A DNA stretch of 64,000 bases from Oikopleura dioica (taxonomy: Eukaryota; Animalia; Chordata), in assembly GCA_907165135.1 (NCBI GenBank), contig OU015567.1, forward strand, positions 9,982,001-10,046,000, in the 5' to 3' direction. A program made the translations under genes and the position numbers. The notes below the pieces were generated by a model. The model did not search any database. It worked only from the letters and a program-made list of their open reading frames with translations, and was not told the origin of the DNA. Positions within the stretch are counted from its first letter, which is position 1; the number at the start of each line of letters is the position of its first letter. Shown one piece after another: positions 13,043 to 24,576 of this stretch.

Positions 13043-14360
13043 ATGAATGTCAACAGTCTGAGTGCTCGCTATGTTGATGTTAAGGACGAGTACACGGCTC
13101 CACGAATCGGATCTTTGAATATAAACGACCAAAAGGAGCTCACGCTAAAACAGAAGATCGCACAGACAGAGATCGTTATTACATCCACGACGCAGTTTCC
13201 AGCTACATGTGTGAATCTAGAAGGAGAGTTGGAAAAGGTCGAATTCGACATCAGAGGCATTGACCCTGCAATGTCAAATACATTGCGGCGGATCATGATT
13301 GCCGAAGTACCGCAGATGGCCTTTGACAGAATTCTGATCTACAACAATACTACTTTAATTCAAGATGAAGTTCTCGCCCATCGATTAGGTAAAAATGTTT
13401 CTTAACTCTTGGTATGATCGAGATTAGGTCTGATTCCAATAAAAGCAGACTTCCGACAATTCAAAAATCGAGCACAAAAGGATATGACTTCCATTGACTG
13501 TACGAAGGCAGCTAATGTTAAAGGAGCAAAAGAAGAGGACTCGCTTTTGGTAGAAAATAATTGGTGTAAAACATATGTAACGCATTTCAGTTCCACCTAA
13601 AAGTCATTGGCAAGCATCAAAAGAATTCGACAAACCATGTACAAATTGTGGAATCTAGTGAGTTGAAGTGGTCGCCAGTTGGAAATCAGAAAGAAACGAT
13701 GAATGTAATGCCCTGCTTTCACGATATCACCATTGCCAAAATTAAGTATGATGTGAATAAAGAATGATGGCTCATAAAGATTCCTAGGCCAAAGCAAATT
13801 ATCGATATTGAGCTTCATGCATTCCGAGGGATTGGCCGGGACCACGCGAAATTTAGCCCAGGTAGAACTAATTTGATAATCAAATGAAATCTGATTAATT
13901 TTAGTCTGCACAGCTTTCTATCGACTTCTACCGACGATAGAATTCACAGAGCCGATCCGCGGAGACGATGCGGTCGAAATCCAGAAAATGTTTTCGCCTG
14001 GCACGGTTGAGATTATCGATGACGAAGCGAAAGTGGTCAACGTCAGGGTTGACGCCAACTCGCGAGAAGTCTTCCGTCACAAAAAATATAGGGTGAGTAA
14101 ATAGCCAAAAGCCGCAAAGCAGTAAATCTCACGAAAATGACCATGAGCACTCGTTCTCATCCATTTTTGGTATTTAGGACATTGTGAAATTGGGAAGAGA
14201 TCGCGAGGTCGCGCTGTTTTCAGTGGAAACCGTTGGTGCTCTCAGTCCGTGTGTGATCTTCAAGGAAAGCTGCAAGGTGTTGATGAATAAGTGCGATGTT
14301 TTCTTGGAGGAGCTGACGAGAACGCAGAATGATGTGAAAGATGAAATGAAAAATGAGTGA
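13043..14360 (+). CDS. POLR1C: RNA polymerase I/III subunit RPAC1 (AC40)
   Basis: [55 protein letters not shown] and FSVETVGAL. Confidence 0.9.
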
Positions 14361-14425
14361 CACACATGTGATGTGCGAATTCCATCCACTGAATGAGTCC
14401 TCCTTGATATCAATCCACTTTTAGA

Positions 14426-16978
14426 ATGCATATTTTGATCGGCGGGGGATCGGGTCACATAGGAAAATTACTAACAAGCTACCTCAAGCAACGCGGTCAC
14501 CGGGTCACGTGGATATCTCGCTACCCCGGTCAAGACCGCATCACTTGGCAGCAGTTGAGATGGGATGAAGCGCCAAAAGATGTTGAAGGAACTGATATAT
14601 ACTTTTTCATAAGTTTGCCGTTAGTAGCTAGGATCGACAAGTCCCACCCGACACCCGATCGAAACCCGACGTTTTTGTCGGGTTTTTGTTGGATTCTGCC
14701 TACCCTACAAAAACCCGACGCGGAAATTGTGACGACCCTATAAAATCGGGTTTTTGTAGGGTCATTTTTCGGATTTTTGTAGGTTTTTTTCGTCGGGTTT
14801 CTCTTCGGATCTACTCATCAGTTTCTTCACAGACAGCTCCCGAAATTCTGTATGCCAAAACTTATGTCCATATTCGGATCTATTTTTTCATAATTCGCCT
14901 ACTTGGATTCATTATATTTGATTCTACTATAGTGTCGTGAAAACCCAACGAGAACCCGACGAAAACCCGATTAAAGCCTGATAAAAACCCGAAAAATACC
15001 CGACAAAAACCCGAAAAAAATCCTAAGAAAACCCGATAAAAAAACCCGACAAAAACCCGACGAAAACCCGACAAAACCCGATCGGAGAATTCCGACTTCA
15101 AGAAAACCCGACGAAAACCCGATCCGGATTTCGGGGGCATTTGTCGATCCTAGGTTAGTAGGATAAAATTGAATATCTGGTCAAGAGCGATTATAAATCT
15201 GGCGGGCAACAGATGGATGGAGCGGCCAAGCATGATGGTCTCGACAAATTTTCAAGCGACAGATGTCATCGAGCGGTTTCAGACTTCCCGTTGGTTCACG
15301 GCTAAAACTTGTGCGATGTACTGCAAGGTGAGGAACAGGAGTTATTTTTTTTTTCTTGCGTTTAGGAAAGAGCGGAACAAGGAAATCCTCTGAAAGTATA
15401 CGTACAGGCGTCATCTACGCTGTACTATCATATAAATCAAGAGACAGAAGATTTGATGGACGTTGTGTTCAATACTATTGATCTTCAAAAGACGATCAGT
15501 TTAGTCGTTGTTACTTTATCTTTCCATTCATTTTATTGAACCCATTTTCGGATAATGACAGAAGAAGACGAAGGCGGATTCAACGATAAGATCAACAGAA
15601 TGGTTCGACAGTGGGAGACTGAATCCGCTCTGCCTGAAGATATCAACACGAGACATGTGATAATTCGAAACGGCTTCGTACTTGACCCAGAGGATGGTTT
15701 GCTGATGAAGTATCTACACAAATTCGGATGCTTTATCGGTGGTCCTATTTCGCGTCATGGGCAAAATCCTTTGAACTGGGTTCATAAAGACGATTTGGTG
15801 TCGCTTTACGCCTTCGCTGCCGAAAACAGTCATGTTAATGGCATTCTGAATGGTGTGGCCCCAAGCCTGAATAATCACTACGATTTATGTGCAGCTATGA
15901 AAGAAGTGACGAAGAAGCCAAACTGGTTTTCTCTTCCGAGAATGGCACATGAGTAGGTTGAGATCTGGGCTCGGCAAACTGTGTCAGGAACAGACACAGG
16001 AACAGGAAAAAAAATTTCTGTCCCATATTTTACACAGGTACACAGGTCAGGAAGCAAAAATATCCTGATTTTAGACAGGTACTCAGACAGGTTTTTTTAC
16101 ACAGCTTATCAAACAGGTTACACAGGTCAGGGCCTGCGTGAACAGGTCTGAGCAGGTCAGAAAACTGGAAACAGGCCCTGTGACAGGACAAAAAACAGGA
16201 TATTTCTGAGAAAAAATATTACTAAGAAACAAAAAAACGCGAATTTATCGGTTATTTTGATTGTTGAACTCTTTTTTACGTCTTTCGCGATTGATTTCTT
16301 TTAATATTTTCCCTGACTTATGCAGTTCCTGACCTGGTTACACAGGAACCTGTCTATGGTCAGGACCTGAGCGGGAAACACAGGCCTGTTTAAGACAGAA
16401 ACAGGAACAGGGACAGCTAAAGAAATTTTTTCCCCTTAATTTTACACAGGTACTCAGGACAGGCCCAAATTATTACCCGATTTTACACAGGTACTCAGAC
16501 AGATTCCCCAAAAACAGGAAACAGGACCTGTGACAGGTTTTTACACAGCTCAGTTTGCCGAGCCCAGGTTGAGATCCTCTCTACGGATTTTTTACTGTAT
16601 TTTAGAATGTGGTACAATCCGGATGTTGCAAAAGTTATGCACGAAAGTAGTTGGGTTGAACCAAAAAGGACCCTCTCCTCTGGCTTCCACTACCGTTTCG
16701 GAGATTTGGACGGGGCTATCCGCGATTTAGTGCAAAAGCCCGTTTCATTATCTCAAGTTGCGCGCTATAGAATGGTCCAAAGATACAGGAGACATCTGCA
16801 ATCAAGTTCAGATTCGTATTTTTACCTCGAGTTCGTCGAGAAAAGAGGCTGGAATCCATTGTTTGTTCCATTCATTGCCTTCTTTTCTTACTTCAGTTGG
16901 TTCTTCGTAGTTCTTACTATTGTTTTCAGTGGCGTGTACATGCACCAGTTTGTTAGTTTGTTCACTGATCCCATCTAA
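14426..16978 (+). CDS. SDR39U1: Epimerase-family SDR39U1 with C-terminal extension
   Basis: MHILIGGGSGHIG Rossmann motif, AIINLAG, VYVQASS, GGPISRHGQNPLNWVHKDDL and VEPKRTLSSGFHYRF. Confidence 0.85.
14628..15153. mobile_element. MITE (526 bp), 13-bp TIR CTAGGATCGACAA, 8-bp TSD GTTAGTAG, in SDR39U1 intron 1
   Basis: Perfect terminal inverted repeats; TSD at 14620-14627 and 15154-15161; internal array of AAAACCCGA(C) motifs. Confidence 0.9.
15965..16567. mobile_element. MITE (603 bp), 17-bp TIR CTGGGCTCGGCAAACTG, 8-bp TSD GTTGAGAT, in the last SDR39U1 intron
   Basis: Perfect TIRs; TSD at 15957-15964 and 16568-16575; internal ACAGG/CCTGT motif array. Confidence 0.9.
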
Positions 16979-17027
16979 ATAATCGAAAATCTTGATATTC
17001 TTCTATGATTTCATTTTTTCAGAAAAT

Positions 17028-20000
17028 ATGGATGATCGAATGGAGGAACCAAAGTCCATTCAAATTGATCAGTTTCTTTCTTATCCGCTGAGAAACTTCG
17101 AAAATGCAGCTTCGTTCGCGATTGATATCGGTGGCAGTCTTACAAAGCTCGCGTATTACTCGACAGTCAAGGTTTCTTCCTCGTAGAAACTTCCATAAAT
17201 AGCTGTTGACTTGCAGTTTAGGATAAACAAAGTTAAGAAGGACGAAAAAGAGCTGTATGATGTCTCAGGTATATTTTCATTGTGTATCATTATTAAAATA
17301 TGATGACAGAAACTGACAAAATCCTCCCACGTCTACATTTCATCGTGCTCGAAAATCAATACCTGATGGAAGCCTTAGATTTCATTCGAGACAGAGTCAA
17401 AGCCAGAACGCAGGATGCTGGCCCTGTTGAGTTTTTCGCTACAGGCGGAGGTAGCATTAAATATGCTCAGTTGCTAAAAGAAAAGATTGGTGTAGAACCT
17501 ATCAAGCTCGACGAAATCGGCTGTGTCGTAAGAGGTTGCAATTTTTTGATAAGGGTTACTAATATAGACCTTCTATGAATTAGAATCCTAATTACCATTT
17601 GGTATTTACCATTCAACAAATCTTATAAGTTATAACCCTTCTTTTGGCTGAGAAACATTCCTCATGAAGCGTTCTCCTTTTCAAAGGACAAAGACGAAAT
17701 GGAGCCCAAATACGACCATGAAGATTATACAGGCTCCGGAAAAATGACGATAGCCTGTTTCCGTATTTACTTGTCAATATTGGATCGGGTGTTTCAATCT
17801 GTTGCATCAGAAGCGCAGACGATTGGGAACGCGTCGGCGGAACATCAATGGGCGGCGGCACTTTCTGGGGCCTCGGTCGTCTTCTCACGGGCAAGGAATC
17901 TTTCGACGATATTCTTGAGCTTGCCGAAAAGGGCTCTAGAAGCGGCGTGGACACACTTGTTCGCGACATTTACGGGTTGTGGGTCTCTTGAAATTAAAAT
18001 TACCCTTCTGACGTCATTCAATAATTTTGCTAATTTGACACAGAGGGACCCCGATTGGCGGCGGCGATTACGGAAACATGGGACTTTCTGGCGACATCAC
18101 GGCTTCATCGTTCTGCAAGGCGGCCACCCAAAAGTCGTCAAAAATTGAAGAATTCAAACCAGAAGACCGAGCCAAGTCACTTTTGCATATGATCTCCAAC
18201 GATATCGGGCAGCTAGCTTACCTCTATGCCAAACTCAACAACTGCAAGAAAGTCATATTTGGCGGCTTCTTCATACGAGGACATATGGAGACAATGAGGA
18301 CTGTCAGCTTTGGAATCAACTACTGGTCTAAAGGCACGATTCAGCCCCTCTTTCTCCGCCATGAAGGATTTCTCGGAGCCATTGGCGCATTTATGCAGTC
18401 AAGCCGCGTTGATAAAACGAAACTTTGGGGTGAGAACTTTGCCTCGAGCACGGGCTATCGAGAACGCTCAACGAGCAATTCGAAGGATGATGATTCGATA
18501 TCAACTTTGGAGTTGGATCAAATGGACATCGCGTGTGAGCCCTTTCCATATTTGATTGACTCGTACAAAGCGGATCAGTGGGATCTGACAGATGACAACG
18601 AGTCCAGAGAATATTGGTTAGGTAAGTGAAGTTATCGAAGAATAAAGGAAAGACCCTTTTTCAGCAACCTTAAAATCGTCGACGGGAAAAACAGCCTCCA
18701 TCGCGAAACAATCTCAAGTCAGTTCAAGCGATGTCGATAACCGTATTTCCGAGTTCAAAGAAAAATACCTCAAGCGGTTAGACAATCTGCGACGTAAACC
18801 GGGGTGAGTGTCGAGTCAGTCAGTCCAGAATCGGAATCAGTTCATAAGTGATCTGATTTATAGTTCGGAAGTAACCCTTTCCTATCCGTCCTTTTTGATT
18901 ATTTCTCATGTGACGTTACGACTCCAAATTATTTATTAATTGGCGATTGGTCTCATTTGTTTTCTTTTTCAAAAATAGCTTGTCACTCTACCGTAAGTAA
19001 CAGTAATTCATTAAGTTCCTATGGACGACTGTCAGTACGAAAACTGCTAAACATGAGGGAAGACCTTCTCAACGAACTGCTCTTCCCTGACCCGTATATT
19101 CACATCAAAAAGAAGGAGAACGAGTTTTTCTTGCCCCTTCTCGCAAAAAGAATTCAAGAAATCGACTCTTTCACCGACCACAAAAAGCAATGGGAGGAGT
19201 GTTTCCGCGGCATCCTGGGCGGGAACATGTTCGATTGGGGTGCAAAAGCAGTAACGGACATTTTTGACGGCGCTGCCAACGGCCTCCTGCAATTTTCATC
19301 AGCTTTAGGTTTTTAAATCACGCATTTCTTGCTCCTGATTTTTTCTTAGAGAAAATTCAACCACGCCCCTGGTTAGTTGACCATTTCGATGCAATTTACG
19401 AGAAGTTAGGAAGATACAAAAGTGTTTGCATTTTCTGCGATAATTCTGGCGCCGATGTGATTCTAGGAGTGCTTCCTTTCGTCCGTCAATTGTTGAGAGA
19501 CAATCTTCAGGTACTTGAGGCTCTTTATAGTGGGATAAGCGATTTTATTTTACTGTTATTTTATGCCAGTGTTTTTTCGACGATTTTTTCAATTGACGTC
19601 ATGTGGGTCTTCTTGTGATAAATTTTGACAAGGCAAGCTCGAAAGTCGCCACTTATCCGTGTGTTCGACACGATATAAGTGTCACTAACTCCGATAAATA
19701 ACGATTTAGAATTATGATTTTTTGTTCTGAGCTCACATGGCAACAATATTTCTGGCGTCATGTCGGCGACGCGAAATTGTGAATTAACTTTACTGCTACT
19801 GCTTCGGAGTGGCGCTGGGCCGAGTCAAGTAGTAAATATAAATACTTTACTAAGTCAAGTGCGTCATGTCGCCCTTATTCTCGTCGTCAAAGGGTTAATT
19901 AACACCCGCAGTGGCGGATATTAGGTGATATTTAGTCGCATTCCCCGCCCTCGGCCTTTCCACTAAATCTCACTAAAACAGCGTCAAAATAGCGTAAGTG

Positions 20001-20718
20001 ACGTAAAATTCCCCTTTCTTGCTATAAAAACTATCCTATTCTTTCCCCCACTTTGCATTTTTTTTCTAAATTCTTCCTGTGAAAAAATTAACCGTGACGC
20101 GTGGAGTTTTGAAAGTGGAGCTTTTGTAAAAACCACTTGCCAGTTGGAACAACCCCTTAAATGGATCCACGTCACTCGAGTGATCGTTGTTCACACGTCA
20201 TAAGGATATTTGAGAATTTTCCTCCTTGATTTCAAGATTTCTCATTTTCAGGTCGTCCTCGTCGCAAATTCGAAACCTGCGTTGAACGACGTCACCTATT
20301 CTGAGCTCGTAGCACTGATGCCAAAAGTCTACCATCTCTGCCCAGAGTTTGAGAGCTTCGTCAACAACGAATCCCTCATCGTCACGGACATCGAGTCGAG
20401 CTCACCATGTTTGAACTTGAAGACAGTTCCAACGCGACTTGTTGAAATTCTGAGCGCGAAGAAATGCGACTTGCTGATTTTTGAGGGCATGGGTCGCGCT
20501 ATTCATACCAACTATCACTCTCAGTTCAAAATAGGACCGTGGTTTTGAAATATAAGTTTTTATGATCAATTGTGGAATTTTCAATTCTTAGATTTTTTCA
20601 AACCAAAAACTCAGATTCGATGAAACTTGCTGTGCTGAAAAACGAGTGGATCGCGAAAAAACTCAACGGAAAACTGTTTGATGTTGTTTGCAGACTCGAT
20701 AAGAAAGTTGAAAACTGA
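17028..20718 (+). CDS. PANK4: Pantothenate kinase 4 (PanK + DUF89 phosphatase); one apparent 1-nt frameshift near 17740
   Basis: [63 protein letters not shown] and [11 protein letters not shown]. Confidence 0.9.
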
Positions 20719-21298
20719 AGACAGACTAAAATTAGTCTTTTTTATTTATTATTAGTTAGAATTACTTCTACTTCACTACTAACAAGATGCATGTAAATAA
20801 GTATTTATTTATTTATGTTCCCGTGCCTTCCTACTATTTAATCCTGAAAGCTGATCTATCCAATCGCGCTATAAATGAAATTATCAAAGTCTTTCCTATC
20901 CCACTTTTACTCCTGTCATTTTCAAAAGTCAGCTGAGAAGCAACCCCGCTCAATTTTGTCACGTTATTGAAATTGGCCATTTTTTTCTTCAAATTTGATT
21001 TTGATAACGCTATCGATCAGGTCCATAAAAAGGCGAACCTTTGGTGAACCTTGATCGTGAATCCTATCAAAAATCGCGGTCGTTTCAATTGTGATCGAGC
21101 GGCGCGGGTGTAATCCTCGACAAAGCATTTTTGTTGAGGGGTTGCCGGCGAACCCGAGTTGAACAAAAACAGTCTATTTATATTAATAACCGAATACTCT
21201 GGCTGCTTCTTTATCTTTTCTGTTACATAACCGAGATTTTACGGAAGAGGAATTTCCGTGCTTACGTAATCGTCAATTAAGAAACGCATAAAAAAACT

Positions 21299-22145
21299 AT
21301 GGCAGATCAGGAGAACAACCATGACGAACTCAAGGCACAGGAGAACCAACTCCGGTGAGTGAAAGAAGTCTAGCTCCCATTTCCTAAATGTAGATTGAGC
21401 GTTCAACAGTTGATCGGTATAAAGACGTCCTCGATCATTCTATTTGTATAATTTCGAGAATGTAGTCCGCCAAAGGAAATAAAGGGAAGCAGCTCAAGAA
21501 GATTATTTTCTTTGGCGCGAATTTCTTTAATTGAGAATTTAAATTCCCGCTAAAGTTTTCCCTCAGATCCAAATATGGAAACATCGACAAACGTAAAGGG
21601 AACGCGATGCTGATGAAGAAACTGCAGGGAAAAAACAAACAGTATTTCGACTCTGGCGATTATAACATGAAGTCGGGAAAGAAGGCAGCTAATCCCATGG
21701 CTAATCCACTGGCGGCGAAGACAGTTCCAAGTGAGTAAAGTCGATATTATTTCATACAGATATAAAGTCAAGTTGTCCCTCAAATGGGCCAAGTTTAATG
21801 ACCAATAATTTTGGGAAGGCTTAACTTTGATTTCCACGACCTAAAAACGCCAATTCTCATGTCTAAATTTTCAGACATGCCGGGCGGAGAACTACCACCC
21901 GTTATTCGCCGAGAATCCCTTACAACCGCCAATCAGCCCACAGCAGAACAGATGGCTGCTCTTCAGCAACGACGCGGCTCCCAAGTTGTAAGTTCATTTA
22001 CTGGTGACTAGCTAGGAAAAAGTTGATTATTCACATCCTAAACAACACGGTCCAAATTGATTGGGAATGAGTCCGCTCAGGAATTCAACTGTTTTAATTT
22101 ACTGTTCTTTTTTAGTCCGCCCTTGCTCTTTCCAACTCCAACTGA
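21299..22145 (+). CDS. ENSA: Alpha-endosulfine / ARPP-19
   Basis: KQYFDSGDYNM Greatwall-site motif and C-terminal RRES/RRGS PKA sites; 4 exons. Confidence 0.85.
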
Positions 22146-22879
22146 AGACACAACAACACAACAAAGACACGTTCACTAATATATTTTTTCTTCGCAAAGT
22201 TACGAAGCGCGTTCTTGGCGCTTCGAAAAAGTTATTTCTTTCTTTTCTCAACATCGAACTACCAATTCTACTGTTTGTCGATTTTTTGATCCGTGTGTTG
22301 CATATGATCGGGTGTCCAAATTAACAATTTTCCATTGAGCAGAAGCAGCTCCAATTTTCGTACTACTTTCTCGGCCAAAAAACTAACCAACCGCAAAATA
22401 TCTTTTAAAAACCGCCTGATTCATACACTTCGATGATTATTTTTTTCTTTCCAACGCCCTCATAAAAATGGTGTTCACGCATTTTTCTCCTGTATATAAT
22501 AAAATATTGACGAAAATAAAGACTCTTTATTTTTCGAGATGTTTCTTTGAAAGTGTTTCGATGAACATTTATTTAGTAGAACATTGAAAGCGCAGTTGTT
22601 TTATGCAAAATTGCAGGGCTTTAATTTTAATTTATTGAACTGAGGGGAAATCGAACAGTTTTGGAGCTGTTTTTGAATACAGTAGCATTGGTGTATTTAT
22701 ATAAATAGTTGTTTCAAAAGTTGGATGAACTTTTATCTCGTTTCGATGAGATAATTTTTGACTTATAATAAAGCACTTCGGTTTTGTTTTAAATAGTTGC
22801 AAACTCGAACCATCTGGTTTTGCTTGAAAATTTCAGGAACAAGAAAAAAGAAAAGAGGTAGTTTTGATAGTGGTTCACT

Positions 22880-24300
22880 AACCAAAAAGGAAGGGTTTAA
22901 AATTCGGTTCCCGAATAGAATTCAATTCAGATAGATATTCAGCTGTACAGTCATAATTTATACACTCATGGTAGGAGGAGAGATACAGATAGAAGTTTGC
23001 TCGCTTTTCTCGTGTAGGCAGTGATGAGAAGGAACTAAAATGAAGGCTTTGTTATTTGATCACATTTAGCCTCGATTAGGCGTGTCAAACACTGGCTTTA
23101 CTCATCTGCTTCATCAGAGAGGCGATGAGTTCCTGTCAAGCTGGGGGTTTTTCTAATTTTAGAAATGGAGCACGGTCCCAGCCTCTCAATACTTTAATAG
23201 TGCGCGGTAGACTTACAGTGACAGGTTTGATGTGGCAGGGCGATCCCTGTTGTTTTTGAATACGCGCGTTCTTTCTTCGTAAGAGCAGATCACACAGTCG
23301 GGCAGGGTGGCCAATCTTGTATCGCGTTTCCGACTCCGAGAAGAATGAGGTCAAGGCCAGAGTAGAAAGTACACGAGTCGATTATTCTGCTGTGGCATTT
23401 GCGAGTTTCTGACCATTGACTGGAAAAATAGTTGATCAAGAATCTTTACAAAGATACGAGGAATTACAAGAGTTGTGTATCCTATCTTCTACTTACGTTG
23501 ATCACAATAGAAGCGGGGGAAACTCAAAATTTATTTCCGCGGGCTTGGGCCAATATTAGCCTGGAAGTGAAAGAGTTCCTCAGAGTTCCTGGCCGTTCGT
23601 GAAAATTTGTAAACGATCTACTATTGAATGCTTCCCGATGGAATGTTCGTTAAATAAAGAGTTCAAAATCATCAGGGGCGTATTGTGATTCCGTTTGGAG
23701 TCCAAACACACGGATGCCGATGTCGAACGAACTCGAAACCAAACTTGAATGGTCCCAACTCAATGGGATCGAGTGCCGACCCGACGGCGGGCCTGTTTGT
23801 GCAATTATTACTGTAATTCATACTGAAAAAGCAGAGGGGATTCTAGCTCGAGGAATTTCTGAGGTATTTCTGGCCCAAAGCCACGCGCTTTTGTCAAAAT
23901 TAACTTAAAATAAGATAGACAATGGCGCCTTTGAAAACTCTTGAACTCTTAAAAAAAGTTCACCACGGTTTGTCTCGAGTTTCAGCTCTCAGCCCTTGGG
24001 AAGAGTCTTACCTGCAATTTAGTTCTCCGTCAGGAGTGAGCGGGTTAGGTTCGAATGCAATGGCTGTGCATCGTTCTTGTTCGTATTTTTGGGACTTTGG
24101 GCAGTCGGGCTCGTACATGTGCGAGTTGATCACCAGCCTGGTCGATTCATTCGTACAGAGACGCTGAAATACTGTTAGAAAACGAGTCGACCCTTTTCAG
24201 TTGAGCGATGTAATCCGACTTCCGGGTTTTTATATTGCTCTGAATTCCATTACACCAAACTGACCCCTGCCTTGGATCATTTCGTTTCAATGAGTTTTAA
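22880..24300 (-). CDS. Putative Cys-rich extracellular protein exons (structure unresolved)
   Basis: Exon-like open frames bounded by splice sites, e.g. RLCTNESTRLVINSHMYEPDCPKSQKYEQERC, IIDSCTFYSG and NFYLYLSSYHECINYDC. No start codon was resolved. Confidence 0.3.
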
Positions 24301-24576
24301 TCTTAGATTAAGAGCAATCTGACGCCAAATAGGCGCACTCGCTCATTTTCCGGTAATCTTGCGTCGACCGCTCGATCCCTTCGTTTCCTTTGACTTTTCA
24401 GCTCGTTACGATGTTGTTATTGAAAGAGCTGCAGTCGGGTACATTCCTTTATTTACGGTTATGCTGATTCAGACGCGATTTCTGTTTACTAAAAGGCGGG
24501 GGATAGATTTCGAAATACCGCGGGCTATCTTTCCACAACCACCGAAGAAAGGCCGTTAATTTTACAAGAACACTAC

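Larger units (their letters stand above)
10898..20718 (+). other. Operon-like run PRPF19-POLR1C-SDR39U1-PANK4
   Basis: Same strand, intergenic gaps of 178, 65 and 49 bp, and a T-rich AG acceptor 1-5 nt before each ATG (candidate trans-splice sites). Confidence 0.65.

Noticed and set aside
15443-15565. 9-bp direct repeat GACAGAAGA as a possible TSD
   Set aside because: Both copies fall in Thr-Glu-rich coding-type sequence and a canonical GT-AG intron explains the gap; there are no TIRs.
14940-16545. Short repeat arrays as a possible CRISPR array or protein repeats
   Set aside because: The units are irregular 5-10-mers without spacers, lie inside TIR/TSD-bounded MITEs in a eukaryotic intron, and the ORFs over them are low-complexity artefacts.
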